Positions 33,003 to 42,878 of a stretch of 64,000 nt of DNA are shown here, piece after piece. The DNA is from Clostridiales bacterium (lineage in GTDB: Bacteria; Bacillota; Clostridia; Monoglobales; WRBX01): assembly GCA_031263785.1 (NCBI GenBank), contig JAISFC010000023.1:20679-84678 (forward strand), written 5' to 3'. The notes beneath the pieces are model-generated. The model was not told where the DNA came from. It was given only the letters and a program-made list of their open reading frames with translations, and made no database searches. Within the stretch, counting starts at the first letter, position 1; each line of letters begins with the position of its first letter. The position numbers and the translations under genes are program-made.

Positions 33003-33046
33003 TGTAACACAAATGTAATATAATTGTAACATAATTGTAATATTTC
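33003..33046. promoter_or_regulatory. Four tandem 11-bp-phased TGTAAY repeats upstream of LRR paralog 1
   Basis: tgtaacacaaa|tgtaatataat|tgtaacataat|tgtaatatttc. Nearly identical arrays occur at 56453-56496 and 63603-63646, and a related one at 42470-42513. Confidence 0.6.
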
Positions 33047-33179
33047 CTTTTAATTCCATATACTTCTAAACGAATGAATTTTCCGTGTCTTTTAAGCGTT
33101 TTCAATTTGCAAAAATTATACTTTTGAGTAATTTCTCGACATAGATTTGACATTTTTCGGCACGGCGCAAATTTAGGGG

Positions 33180-33208
33180 TTGCACTTTTCGTCAAGATGT
33201 GATATCAT
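33180..33208 (+). promoter_or_regulatory. Promoter TTGCAC-17-(TGa)TATCAT placed to start transcription at the GT2 start codon
   Basis: TTGCAC at 33180-33185, a 17-nt spacer ending in TGa (extended -10), and TATCAT at 33203-33208. The ATG lies at 33216 with no SD. Confidence 0.45.
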
Positions 33209-33215
33209 ATGTTAC

Positions 33216-33935
33216 ATGAAGATATCCGTGATCATTCCCGCATACAATGAAGAGAAAATTATTGACGCAAATTTGCGCGCCATGGCAAGTTTTTTAGGCG
33301 AAAACTTCGACTGCTTCGAGCTTCTGCTTGTCAATGACGGCAGCGTCGACCGCACATATGAAATCGCCCAAGCCGTCGCGGCAAGCAACCCGAATGTGCG
33401 CGTAATTTCGTGCCTCGGTCATCTGGGCAAGGGGAACGCGGTGCGCGAGGGAATAATGCGGTCCACGGGCGATTTAATCGTCTTTACCGACGCGGACCTC
33501 GCCTACCCGCCGCAATATATCCCCTATTGTGTGCGCGCGCTGGAGCAATGCAACATCGCAATCGGCAGCCGTTATCTTTCAGGCGTCAATTCGACGGAAA
33601 AAGGCTCCTCAGGCTACAAAAATTCGCGGATGCTCGCGTCGCGTATATTCGTTTGGTTCGCAAACTTCGTGCTGGGGCTTAATTTAACCGATATTCAGTG
33701 CGGAATCAAGGGTTTTCAGGCGGATGTCGCGAAAGAAATAGCCGAAAATTCTAAGATTGCGGGCTTCGGATTTGACGCGGAATTCCTCTGTATCGCGAAA
33801 GAAAAGCAATATACAATCTTAGAATTCCCCGTCCGAATGTGCGAAAATTCCGAAATTCGCCCTTCCCGCGTTCGGATTATCCGCGACGGTTTGAAAATGT
33901 TCGCGAACGTCCTCGCGTTAAAATGGCAATTCTAA
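33216..33935 (+). CDS. Family 2 glycosyltransferase (polyprenol-phosphate glycosyltransferase-like)
   Basis: MKISVIIPAYNEE, LLLVNDGSVDRT, and VFTDADL (DxD). The start is set at the internal ATG 33216, which gives the canonical GT2 N-terminus. Confidence 0.85.
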   Translation: MKISVIIPAYNEEKIIDANLRAMASFLGENFDCFELLLVNDGSVDRTYEIAQAVAASNPNVRVISCLGHLGKGNAVREGIMRSTGDLIVFTDADLAYPPQYIPYCVRALEQCNIAIGSRYLSGVNSTEKGSSGYKNSRMLASRIFVWFANFVLGLNLTDIQCGIKGFQADVAKEIAENSKIAGFGFDAEFLCIAKEKQYTILEFPVRMCENSEIRPSRVRIIRDGLKMFANVLALKWQF

Positions 33936-34011
33936 GCTAAAACACAGCTAAAATTATCTGCACAAATATTTATAGATAAACAATTGATTTTATCAAAAAG
34001 GAGTTGTAAAT

Positions 34012-34533
34012 ATGTCAAAAACACGCAGAATAACAATGTCCGCATTGTTGCTGGCGCTGGCGATTTTGTTCCAAAACCTGCGTCTGCTGCCCTTCCTCGC
34101 CCCCAGCTTGCCTCATTCTACCCTAATAATCGGCTCGCTCGTAAACATGACAATCATAATCGCCGTCGGTTACGTGGGTTTAGGGGGGAGCATCGCCATT
34201 GCAATCCTCGCGCCGTTGTTCGCGGTGCTGCAGGGGCATCTCCCGAACATCGCGCTGGCTCCCGTAGTGATGGTAGGCAACGCGATTATGCCGTTGTTTT
34301 GGTATATCTTTAACATCAAGATGAACAAAATTTCGCAATTTTTATCTGTCATAATCGGAAGCTGCGCTAAATTCCTGTTCCTCTTTTTGTCCGTTCCGCT
34401 TGTGTACAGGGCATTTGTGGGTCCAAACGTACCCGCGCTGTTGCTCACGTCATTTAGCTATCCGCAGCTGATAACCGCATTAATCGGCGGCACTCTGGCA
34501 ATAATAATCCTCCGCTCGCTTCAGAAAGAATAA
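34012..34533 (+). CDS. Small polytopic membrane protein, probably an ECF-transporter S component
   Basis: 173 aa with 5-6 TM helices. The N-terminus RRITMSALLLALAILFQ is typical of S components. SD AAAGGAG. Confidence 0.5.
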   Translation: MSKTRRITMSALLLALAILFQNLRLLPFLAPSLPHSTLIIGSLVNMTIIIAVGYVGLGGSIAIAILAPLFAVLQGHLPNIALAPVVMVGNAIMPLFWYIFNIKMNKISQFLSVIIGSCAKFLFLFLSVPLVYRAFVGPNVPALLLTSFSYPQLITALIGGTLAIIILRSLQKE

Positions 34534-34592
34534 CGGGCGCGCGGTAAAAAAAGGAGGGTTCCTGTTAAGGTACGCTTTAATAGGCAAGAAAC

Positions 34593-35153
34593 ATGAAAAA
34601 CTTACCTAACATACTAACAGCATTCCGCATACTTCTTCTGCCGTTTTTCGTATATTTTTACGTGTTCGCGCAAAAGCCGATTCCGGCAAGCGTAATATTC
34701 CTGCTGGCAGGTCTGACCGATGTTGCCGACGGTTTTATTGCGCGCAAATACGGGCTTATCACCAAGCTCGGCGCGCTTCTGGACCCGCTGGCGGACAAAT
34801 TGCTTCATCTAACGGTCACCACATGCATTGCCATCGGCGGCGTGGGCGAGCACCCGAAAATCGAGGGATTCCGCTTTATGTGGGTGATTGTCGGGTGCCT
34901 TATGTGCAAGGAATTGGTGATGCTTATCGGCGCGATTCTCCTGTACAACAAAAACGATATCGTCGTGCCTGCCCGCTGGTATGGCAAGCTTTCCAGCCTG
35001 TTTTTGTCGTCGGTAATATTGGCGATAATCCTTTTGGGCGACATAATGAGCGCAAATCTGAAAATTGCGCTCGCTTTCACCGCACTTTTGGCTTGTATAC
35101 TCGCTTGTATCGGATATTCCCTAAACTTCTTGAAAATACGCCGTAAATCCTAA
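34593..35153 (+). CDS. pgsA: CDP-diacylglycerol--glycerol-3-phosphate 3-phosphatidyltransferase
   Basis: CDP-alcohol phosphatidyltransferase motif DVADGFIARKYGLITKLGALLDPLADK. Confidence 0.88.
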   Translation: MKNLPNILTAFRILLLPFFVYFYVFAQKPIPASVIFLLAGLTDVADGFIARKYGLITKLGALLDPLADKLLHLTVTTCIAIGGVGEHPKIEGFRFMWVIVGCLMCKELVMLIGAILLYNKNDIVVPARWYGKLSSLFLSSVILAIILLGDIMSANLKIALAFTALLACILACIGYSLNFLKIRRKS

Positions 35154-35165
35154 TTTCGCCACGCT

Positions 35166-37178
35166 TTACAAAGTTTTCGCCACAAACGGATTCACAATAT
35201 CCTCATCCAGCCCTCCGCGAATTATTACATCCGCCGCATTCATGCACTCCCCCCATATATGTAAATCCTCGTATAAATTCGCTATTTTCAGCTGTGGTAT
35301 CCCGTGCTGACGGGTTCCGAAAAAGTCCCCCGCGCCCCTGAGTTCCAAATCCCTCTGCGCCACTTCAAACCCGTTGGACGTCTGCTTCATTATTTTCATG
35401 CGTTCCACCGCGATTTTGTTCTTGCTCTGGTTGAACATGATGCAATAAGACTTGCTGTCGCCGCGCCCCACTCGACCGCGAAGCTGATGCAGCTGCGAAA
35501 GCCCGAATCTCTCGGCGTTTTCGATAACCATCACGCTCGCGTTAGGCACGTCTATTCCGACCTCGATTACCGTGGTGGACACCAGCGCGTCTATTTCGCC
35601 CAGCGCGAATTTTTCCATTATTTCCGCCTTTTCTTTGGCTTTAATACGTCCGTGCAACAACGCAACGCGGAAGTCCGCCAGCGCATCGTCCTGCAAATGC
35701 TTCGCAAGCTCGGTCGCCGCGCGCAAATCCGTCTTTTCGCTCTCCTCAATAAGCGGGCAAACTATGTATATCTGCCGCCCTTCTTCAATTTGCCGCCGCA
35801 TAAATTCATTGATTCTCAGCCGATAATCCTCGTTGACGCAATGGGTCTGCACGGGCTTGCGGTTGGGCGGAAGCTCATCGATAATCGAAATATCCAAGTC
35901 GCCATACACAATCATCGCCAATGTGCGCGGAATAGGCGTCGCGGACATCACCAAAAAGTGCGGCGAATTGCCCTTTTCCGTCAGTTTTTCACGCTGATTC
36001 ACGCCAAAACGGTGCTGCTCGTCCGTAATAACCAAGCCCAAATGCGAAATTTCCACATAATCCTCCAAAACCGCGTGTGTGCCGATTATTATACGAACTC
36101 TTCCATCGCTCAATTTTTCCGTCAGCTCGCGTTTTTCCTTTGCCCTCAGCCCGCCTTTGACAAGCACTACCTCGCAAAGTCCGTCAAAAAGACGGGAAAT
36201 CGTATCAAAATGCTGCTCCGCAAGAATTTCGGTCGGAGCCATCATGACGCTGCTCGCACAGCTTGTCCTTGCGATAAACATCGCAATCGCCGCCAGAATC
36301 GTCTTCCCGCAGCCGACGTCCCCTTGCAGCAAACGACTCATCGGACGCTTACCTTTTAAATCGTCCATAATCTCCTGCATCACGCGTTGCTGCGCCAGCG
36401 TCAGCTTAAACGGCAGCGCCTCCACGAACTCGGTCAGCCCCATCGTGCTGTCTAACGCCTTGCACTTTTTGGACGCAAAACGGTCCCTCATATTCCTCAA
36501 ACTAAGCTGCAACATTAATAATTCCTCGAAGACCAAACGGTGCCGCGCTTTTTCATACGCCTTAAAATCCAGCGGAAAATGTATGTTTTTAAGTGCAAAA
36601 CGTATGCCGCAAAGCTTATATTTGCGCAAGATTTTTTCCGGCAGAGTCTCCCGCACCTCCGAGATTACAGGCGCACACTCACGAACCGCCTGCCGCATCA
36701 TCTTATTCGTCACGCCCGCCGTCAGGCTGTAAATCGGCATAATCGACTCCGTATACGTATCCACGCGCTCAAATTGCGGAGCGGTCATCTGCCACTTTTG
36801 CCCGACTTTTTCAGGAGTACCGTAAAAAATGTACTCCACTCCCGCTTTAAACGTGTGGCACATGTAGTTCTGATTGAACCAAATCGCGTTCAGGACACTG
36901 CCCTCATCGTCCACAATCCGCGCCTTTTGCATGCTTCGCCCGCCCGGCAAATTGACGCTCATGACCCCTGTCGCCGCCCTGCCGCGCACGAAAACAGGCA
37001 CCAGCCACTCTAGCTCGTCCAAATCCTCGATGGTGAAAACAAGCGTTCTGTCCTCATAGCTTCGCGGAAAACAGAAAAGCAGGTCGGAAATTGTTTTAAT
37101 TCCCAACCGCGCCAATCTTGCAGCCTTTGTCTTCCCAATATTACGTATTTCATCAATAGGGGAATTCAAATTCATCAT
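35166..37178 (-). CDS. recG: ATP-dependent DNA helicase RecG
   Basis: Wedge/OB N-terminus, Walker A LLQGDVGCGKT, DEQHRFGV, and QLRGRVGRG. Confidence 0.95.
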   Translation of the reverse strand: MMNLNSPIDEIRNIGKTKAARLARLGIKTISDLLFCFPRSYEDRTLVFTIEDLDELEWLVPVFVRGRAATGVMSVNLPGGRSMQKARIVDDEGSVLNAIWFNQNYMCHTFKAGVEYIFYGTPEKVGQKWQMTAPQFERVDTYTESIMPIYSLTAGVTNKMMRQAVRECAPVISEVRETLPEKILRKYKLCGIRFALKNIHFPLDFKAYEKARHRLVFEELLMLQLSLRNMRDRFASKKCKALDSTMGLTEFVEALPFKLTLAQQRVMQEIMDDLKGKRPMSRLLQGDVGCGKTILAAIAMFIARTSCASSVMMAPTEILAEQHFDTISRLFDGLCEVVLVKGGLRAKEKRELTEKLSDGRVRIIIGTHAVLEDYVEISHLGLVITDEQHRFGVNQREKLTEKGNSPHFLVMSATPIPRTLAMIVYGDLDISIIDELPPNRKPVQTHCVNEDYRLRINEFMRRQIEEGRQIYIVCPLIEESEKTDLRAATELAKHLQDDALADFRVALLHGRIKAKEKAEIMEKFALGEIDALVSTTVIEVGIDVPNASVMVIENAERFGLSQLHQLRGRVGRGDSKSYCIMFNQSKNKIAVERMKIMKQTSNGFEVAQRDLELRGAGDFFGTRQHGIPQLKIANLYEDLHIWGECMNAADVIIRGGLDEDIVNPFVAKTL

Positions 37179-37346
37179 TTATTTCACCGGTGCACCTACA
37201 GGGCAGATATCGGCACACGCCCCGCATTCGATGCATTGGTCTTCGTCAATCATGAATTTGTCGGTGCCGGAAGTTATGCAGGAAACAGGACATTCCGCCG
37301 CACACGCGCCACAACTGATGCAATCATCGGTAATCTTATAAGCCAC
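37179..37346 (-). CDS. 2x[4Fe-4S] ferredoxin (55 aa), missing from the ORF track
   Basis: Minus-strand translation (M)AYKITDDCISCGACAAECPVSCITSGTDKFMIDEDQCIECGACADICPVGAPVK has two CxxCxxCxxxCP motifs. GTG start after GAGGTG. Its TAA directly abuts the recG ATG. Confidence 0.8.
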   Translation of the reverse strand: MAYKITDDCISCGACAAECPVSCITSGTDKFMIDEDQCIECGACADICPVGAPVK

Positions 37347-37390
37347 ACTCAACACCTCACTTTTTATATAACCTTACTTTCTTCTCATTT

Positions 37391-37419
37391 ATTTTATCAT
37401 GCTACAATACATATGTCAA
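37391..37419 (-). promoter_or_regulatory. Sigma-A type promoter TTGACA-17-(TGa)TAAAAT for ferredoxin-recG
   Basis: On the minus strand, TTGACA at 37419-37414, a 17-nt spacer, and TAAAAT at 37396-37391. Confidence 0.6.
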
Positions 37420-37459
37420 GAAAAATTTCTCAAGTATTTGCGCGAATAAGAAGCTACCC

Positions 37460-37499
37460 GCAAATAAAACACACGAGTATCAATAAGCATACTCGTGTG
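37460..37499 (-). terminator. Rho-independent terminator of the 1593-aa SLH protein gene
   Basis: Perfect 12-bp stem ACACACGAGTAT / ATACTCGTGTGT with an 8-nt loop, followed on the minus strand by UUUAUUUG. Confidence 0.75.
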
Positions 37500-37530
37500 T
37501 AAATTATTCGTAAAATTTCATGTTTTCCGC

Positions 37531-40500
37531 TTAACGCGCCTGGTTCAATACGCGAAGGAGCATCACCGTAGATTCCGCGCGGGTCGCGTGCTCATTAGGA
37601 TAGAAGAAACGTCTGCCCTGCGTCTCGTCGAAGCCTTTTGCCAGTCCGGATTTTCTCGCCAGCTCCACCGCGACGGTTGCCCAATCCTTGATGTTATTCT
37701 TGTCCGTGAACTCATAATCTACGTTCGCGTCCTGCAACGCCAGCCCCTTGTAATCCAGATACCTCGATATCATCGTCATCATTTCCTGCCGCGTGATTCT
37801 TTCGTTCGGCGAGAATGTGATGGCGTCCAAACCGTTGGCGATTCCTTTGCTCCAGCCCCACGCGACGTATTTTGCGTGCCAATCATCGACCGATACGTCC
37901 AAAAACGGTTCGTGCCCCTCAAGCGCGTCGCCGCTCATAGTCGCAAGCATTTTCATCATTTCCGCCCGCGTTATCGCCCTGTTAGGCGCGAATGAGCCAT
38001 CGTCCATGCCTTGCGCGATGCCCTGCCCCGCCATGTCGTAAATCTCCGTTTCCGCCCAATGCCCCGAAACATCGTCAAAACTTACGGCGGTCCCGGGTAT
38101 CGGGTCGGGCTCATCTTCGCCGTCGTCGGGCGTCGCCGCGGGAGTGGGCTGCGCATTTTCCGTCGGAATCGGCGTCGGCTGCGAGGGCAACACATCATTC
38201 TCAGTCGGTCCCGGTGTCGGTTGTGGAGGCAGCACGTCATTTTCGGTCGGTCCCGGTGTCGGCTGCAGAGGCAACACATCATTTTCCGTCGGTCCCGGTG
38301 TCGGCTGCGGACTGGGCGTCGGCGTCGGCACAATCACAGCTATATTAAACTCTACCCTCATCGGCTCCACATTCAGATAATCCCCGATAAAGCTTATAAC
38401 CGCGGTCGCTTTGCCGACATTGACGTTATTATTGTAGCTCACCGCGTAATCCACGTTTTTCTCAAGCGTTTTTAGCCCCTGACGCACCGTCGTTTCGGGC
38501 TCCCTAAGTCCGCCCGTGAACGCTTGCGTGGGAATTTCATCTATCACAATTTCCTGAATCCACCGCGCATATAGGGTCATCGCGCCGGTTACCGCATCGG
38601 CGGTGAAATTCCACATCGTCACGAAAGAATTGTTAGTGAACCAGCCCGCGAATGTCACCCCTGCTTTAAGCGGACTTATCGGCTTTTGAACCAACCCGTT
38701 CAGCAATATATTTTGAGTTTCCGGCACAGATTCGCCGCCGTCCGCGTCAAATAACACATCGTAATGAGGTATCGGTGTTGGACTCGGTGTCGGACTCGGT
38801 GTCGGGCTTGGTGTCGGACTTGGCGTCGGACTCGGTGTCGGGCTCGGTGTCGGACTTGGTGTCGGACTCGGTGTCGGACTTGGTGTTGGGCTTGGTGTCG
38901 GACTTGGTGTTGGACTTGGCGTCGGACTTGGTGTCGGGCTCGGCGTTGGGCTCGGTGTCGGACTGGGCGTTGGGCTCGGTGTCGGACTTGGCGTCGGGCT
39001 GGGTGTTGGGCTGGGTGTTGGGCTGGGTGTCGGCGCAACTATCGGTCCTGCGACCTTTGAATAAATATTCCCCGAATACCCGCTTGCCGTGTTGGGTTTG
39101 TACCAAACACGTATCGTATATCCGGTCCACGAGGAAGTCACCGTTACCGTCCGCGCGTTCGTATCATCTAATATGTACCATGTGTTTCCGTCCTTCGATC
39201 CCTGCCACTGATACGCCGTTGTTCCCGTCGGGAGCATGGCTGCCGTCAGCGTGTCTCCGGATTTAATCCCGCCTGTCGGCGCAGCCAACATTCCCGATAG
39301 CTGAATCGCTTGAATCGGCCCTATATATGATGTATCCAGCGTTCCCACGTACCCTGCCGCGGAGTAGAACCTGCACAGGAAATACGCGCCTATATCATCC
39401 GCGTTCGTCGTATACGTCGCGCCCGTCGACCACGGTATCCATGACGAATTCGCCATGCTCCTATACCACACTCGGCTCGCGGCTCCCGTCGGCATTGCCG
39501 CTGATAATACCGTCCCGACCGTTAGCCCGTTCGACATCTGTATCGCGCCCGGCTTCGCCATTGCTCTCGCCGCAATTGCGCCCACCGGTTCCGTGTATAC
39601 CGTGCCTTGGTACCCCGTGGTCGCATCGTATCGGATTCTGAAATAGTAGCCCACTTGTGACGACGAGGGTGTGTAAGACGCGCCGCTCGAACCGGCGGAA
39701 TACCACGCGCCGCCCGCTGACGTTTTATATTGCCACTCCGTGCGGGTGCCTCCCACCGGCGTACTCGGCGCATACAACGCGTTGCCCCACTCTAAACCCG
39801 CGTACGTTATCCCCGCCGGCTTCCCGATATTCAGCGAAGTTATGGGTCCTATGAGTTTTGAATAAATATATCCCGAATATCCCTTTGCCGTGTCAGCTTT
39901 GTACCAAACGCGTATCGTATAGCCAATCCACGAGGACGGCACTGTTACCGTTCGCGCGTTCGTATCGTTTAATATGTACCACGTGCTTCCGTCCTTCGTA
40001 CCCTGCCACTGGTACGCCGTTGTCCCCGTGGGAAGCACTGCTGCCGTCAGCGTGTTCCCGTAAGCCGAACCGCCCGTCGGAGCAGCCAGCGTCCCCGTTA
40101 GCTGAATCGCCTTAATCGGTCCTATATATGCCGTGTCGACCGTTCCCGTGTACCCTGACGCGGGATAGAATCGGCACAGGAAATATGCCCCGATATCATC
40201 CGCGGTCGTCGTATACGTCGCGCCCGTCGACCATGGCAACCACACCGAATTCGATATACATCTGTACCACGTTCGGCTCGCCGCGCCCGTTGGCATCGCC
40301 GCCGATAACACCGTCCCCACCGTCAGCCCGTTCGACATCTGTATCGCTCCCGGTGTCGATATTCCCCGCGCCGCAATCGGACCGTACGAGTTGGTCATCT
40401 TCGCGACTCCCGAATAGCCTGAAAGCACGTCGTATCTAACGGAAAAATATTTGCCCACATCGCTTGCCGTCGTCGTATATGTGCTCGAGCGGGTGGAGAT

Positions 40501-42312
40501 GCCTACCCAGCCCGTTGCCGACGTCCAATATTCCCAGCGGTCTATATACATTCCGCCGGGGGTTGACGGCGCGTAGAGCGTGCCGCCTACCGTTTTAGAG
40601 CCCGTGATTTCGCCCAATGTGCCGGAAATAGGCTTTAAGTCAGCCGCCGTAATCGGACCGTACGAGTTGGTCATTTTCGCGTTCCCTGTATATGCCGAAA
40701 ACACATTGTACTTGACGGAAAAATATTTGCCCACATCGCTTGCCGTCGTCGTGTATGTGCTCAAGAAGTTGGATGTGCCCACCCAGCCCGTTGCCTGCGT
40801 CCAATATTCCCAGCGTTCTATGTACATGCCCGTTGGGGCGGTTGGCGCGTAGAGTGTGCCGCCCACGGTTTTAGAACCCGTAATCTCACCTAAGCTCCCC
40901 GAAGCCGCCTGTTGAGTCTTTGTAATCGGTCCGACCTGCGCCGTGTATACAGGACCTCCCGTGTACCCCGTAATTGCGTCGTAACGCACCCTAAAGTAGT
41001 AGCCCACTTGTGACGCTGTCGGGGTGTAAGTCGAGCCTACCGCACCGGCATAACTCCACGCACCGCTCGACGATGTTTTATATTCCCACCATGTAATACT
41101 TCCTCCTGTCGGGTTGCTCGGCGCGCGTAACGTATTTCCGTATTGCAAGCTTGAATACGTTATGTTCCCCGGCGTTCCTATAGATTTACTTTGCGTCGTA
41201 ATCGGTCCCACCGGCGCTGTGTATACGGGTCCGCCTGTATATCCCGAGGTTGCGTCGTAGCGCACCCTAAAATAGTAGCCCCCTTGTGACGATGTCGGCG
41301 AGTACGTTGATGCGTTTGAGCCTATTGAGTACCACGTGCCGCCCGACGACGTTGCATATTCCCATTGCGTACGGCTCCCGCCAGTCGGATTGCTCGGCGC
41401 ATATAACACAGCGCTGCCGATTTGCAAGCTTGAATATGTTATGTTCGCAGGCGTCCCGATACTTTTACTTTGCGCCGTAATCGGTCCCACCTGCGCCGTG
41501 TATACAGGTCCGCCCGAATATCCCGAAATCGCGTCGTAGCGCACTCTGAAGTAATGTCCTACTTGCGTTGCTGACGGCGTGTACGATGCACCGACGTTGC
41601 CCATAGAATACCACGTGCCGCTGGACGACATTTTATATTCCCACTGTGTGCGGCTCCCTCCCGTCGGGTTGCTCGGCGCATATAACGCGTTGCCGTATTG
41701 CAGGCTGGAATATGTTATATTTCCCGGCGTCCCCATAGTCTGGGTTGATGACGACGTTCCCTTAATGCCCGGGAAATAAGGCGACGAAATAGTCCCGTTG
41801 CCCTTTGACCCCACCTCGTAAGCGGGCACCGAAGCCGATACGCTCTCATTATACGCAAGCGTAGAGCTGTTGAAAACCGTTGGGGACGTGCTGTATACCT
41901 GCTTGTACGCGCTCCCCACGCCGTAGCCTATTCCACCGTAGTAATTCTGCCAGCCCGCGTAAGTATAATGCGCGTTCACTCCATAGACGGTCGTACCTTT
42001 AGGCACGTAGCCGGACGAAGAACAATACCTTAGCTGATTTTCATACGCCGAAAAAGCCAAGCCGGCAACTCCAATCTGTTCACCGACCTCAGATTGATAC
42101 ACCGTTATCTTGACCAGCGAATACTTTGAAGCATCGCTATTGGTGAAATCTTCATTGATGAAAAATTTTCCGCTAAAATCGGTAGGAACCGCTTGCGCCG
42201 AGTCCAAGTACATAGAAGAATCGTCAAGCGCAGGAAAAAACTGCAAGATGCTCGTCATCATAAAAGAAAACAATAAGCAAAGCGTTAAGGTCTTCTTTAA
42301 CATAAAAACCAC
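37531..42312 (-). CDS. Giant SLH-anchored cell-surface protein with about a dozen tandem modules of roughly 90 aa
   Basis: Signal peptide. Repeated modules such as [40 protein letters not shown]...YTP...[23 protein letters not shown] long (PSPT)n linker, a Listeria-Bacteroides-type repeat ([14 protein letters not shown]...FAGWF), three [13 protein letters not shown] repeats, and C-terminal SLH domains ([17 protein letters not shown].., [17 protein letters not shown]..). Confidence 0.85.
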   Translation of the reverse strand: MVFMLKKTLTLCLLFSFMMTSILQFFPALDDSSMYLDSAQAVPTDFSGKFFINEDFTNSDASKYSLVKITVYQSEVGEQIGVAGLAFSAYENQLRYCSSSGYVPKGTTVYGVNAHYTYAGWQNYYGGIGYGVGSAYKQVYSTSPTVFNSSTLAYNESVSASVPAYEVGSKGNGTISSPYFPGIKGTSSSTQTMGTPGNITYSSLQYGNALYAPSNPTGGSRTQWEYKMSSSGTWYSMGNVGASYTPSATQVGHYFRVRYDAISGYSGGPVYTAQVGPITAQSKSIGTPANITYSSLQIGSAVLYAPSNPTGGSRTQWEYATSSGGTWYSIGSNASTYSPTSSQGGYYFRVRYDATSGYTGGPVYTAPVGPITTQSKSIGTPGNITYSSLQYGNTLRAPSNPTGGSITWWEYKTSSSGAWSYAGAVGSTYTPTASQVGYYFRVRYDAITGYTGGPVYTAQVGPITKTQQAASGSLGEITGSKTVGGTLYAPTAPTGMYIERWEYWTQATGWVGTSNFLSTYTTTASDVGKYFSVKYNVFSAYTGNAKMTNSYGPITAADLKPISGTLGEITGSKTVGGTLYAPSTPGGMYIDRWEYWTSATGWVGISTRSSTYTTTASDVGKYFSVRYDVLSGYSGVAKMTNSYGPIAARGISTPGAIQMSNGLTVGTVLSAAMPTGAASRTWYRCISNSVWLPWSTGATYTTTADDIGAYFLCRFYPASGYTGTVDTAYIGPIKAIQLTGTLAAPTGGSAYGNTLTAAVLPTGTTAYQWQGTKDGSTWYILNDTNARTVTVPSSWIGYTIRVWYKADTAKGYSGYIYSKLIGPITSLNIGKPAGITYAGLEWGNALYAPSTPVGGTRTEWQYKTSAGGAWYSAGSSGASYTPSSSQVGYYFRIRYDATTGYQGTVYTEPVGAIAARAMAKPGAIQMSNGLTVGTVLSAAMPTGAASRVWYRSMANSSWIPWSTGATYTTNADDIGAYFLCRFYSAAGYVGTLDTSYIGPIQAIQLSGMLAAPTGGIKSGDTLTAAMLPTGTTAYQWQGSKDGNTWYILDDTNARTVTVTSSWTGYTIRVWYKPNTASGYSGNIYSKVAGPIVAPTPSPTPSPTPSPTPSPTPSPTPSPTPSPTPSPTPSPTPSPTPSPTPSPTPSPTPSPTPSPTPSPTPSPTPSPTPSPTPSPTPSPTPIPHYDVLFDADGGESVPETQNILLNGLVQKPISPLKAGVTFAGWFTNNSFVTMWNFTADAVTGAMTLYARWIQEIVIDEIPTQAFTGGLREPETTVRQGLKTLEKNVDYAVSYNNNVNVGKATAVISFIGDYLNVEPMRVEFNIAVIVPTPTPSPQPTPGPTENDVLPLQPTPGPTENDVLPPQPTPGPTENDVLPSQPTPIPTENAQPTPAATPDDGEDEPDPIPGTAVSFDDVSGHWAETEIYDMAGQGIAQGMDDGSFAPNRAITRAEMMKMLATMSGDALEGHEPFLDVSVDDWHAKYVAWGWSKGIANGLDAITFSPNERITRQEMMTMISRYLDYKGLALQDANVDYEFTDKNNIKDWATVAVELARKSGLAKGFDETQGRRFFYPNEHATRAESTVMLLRVLNQAR
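38175..38320 (-). repeat. Three tandem 48-nt coding repeats ([13 protein letters not shown])
   Basis: Near-identical 48-nt units are visible in the sequence. Confidence 0.8.
38770..39040 (-). repeat. 12-nt tandem coding repeat array encoding a (PSPT)n linker
   Basis: GGTGTCGGACTC/GGTGTCGGGCTT-type units are repeated across about 270 nt. This array generates several spurious Arg/Trp/Cys-rich ORFs in other frames. Confidence 0.9.
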
Positions 42313-42469
42313 ACCCTTTTTAATTTTCTACAATATATAACCTGCATTAATTACCTATAAATGGGCGAATCGTCCGTCCCCGCCCGCGAAAGGAAAAATG
42401 TTCCGTGAAAATATATCACCATTCCTCCCTACTTTATATTATAAGGGAAATAATTCCTTAAAGGGGCAA

Positions 42470-42513
42470 TGTAACACAAATTTAATAGTTTTGTAACATA
42501 AATGTAACATTTT
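42470..42513. promoter_or_regulatory. 11-bp-phased TGTAAC repeat array between the XRE regulator gene and the SLH protein gene
   Basis: tgtaacacaaa|tttaatagttt|tgtaacataaa|tgtaacatttt. Confidence 0.55.
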
Positions 42514-42635
42514 GAGCCGTGGATTATAAACGGACGTATTACAAAAAAGCGCTTATTATAAGCGATTTCAAGCAATGACGGAATTAAATTTCTACCAAAA
42601 TTACAGTTGAAAAGCTGCACCGTACCGGAGCATGT

Positions 42636-42878
42636 TCATACCAACTCTTGTTCTAAATTTTCAAAGACTTCATCCGCAAAAAATTCGATTAACGATATCT
42701 CTAAGCCGTCGCATAGCTTTTTGATGGTCGCTATCGTAGTGCTGTTGTTGCGCCCGCTAACGACATTATTAATCGTGGACTGCGTCACACCGCTAAGCGT
42801 CCCCAATTTGTTTATCGTTATCCGCTTGCTCGCGCAAAGAGCCAATATTCTTCGCCTTACCGCTTCCCCTGCATTCAT
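42636..42878 (-). CDS. XRE/Cro-C1 family helix-turn-helix transcriptional regulator
   Basis: RRRILALCASKRITINKLGTLSGVTQSTINNVVSGRNNSTTIATIKKLCDGLEISLIEFF is a typical HTH_3 sequence. The alternative start is 42896. Confidence 0.85.
   Translation of the reverse strand: MNAGEAVRRRILALCASKRITINKLGTLSGVTQSTINNVVSGRNNSTTIATIKKLCDGLEISLIEFFADEVFENLEQELV

Noticed and set aside
33410-34313. ORFs 33410..33682 and 33984..34313
   Set aside because: They are alternative frames of the GT2 gene and the ECF-S-like membrane protein gene. The chosen frames carry the family motifs.
38700-39266. Several ORFs in other frames and strands with RHRxRH, WCRTRC or SDSVSG repeats
   Set aside because: They are frame artefacts of the 12-nt (PSPT)n coding repeat of the SLH protein gene.
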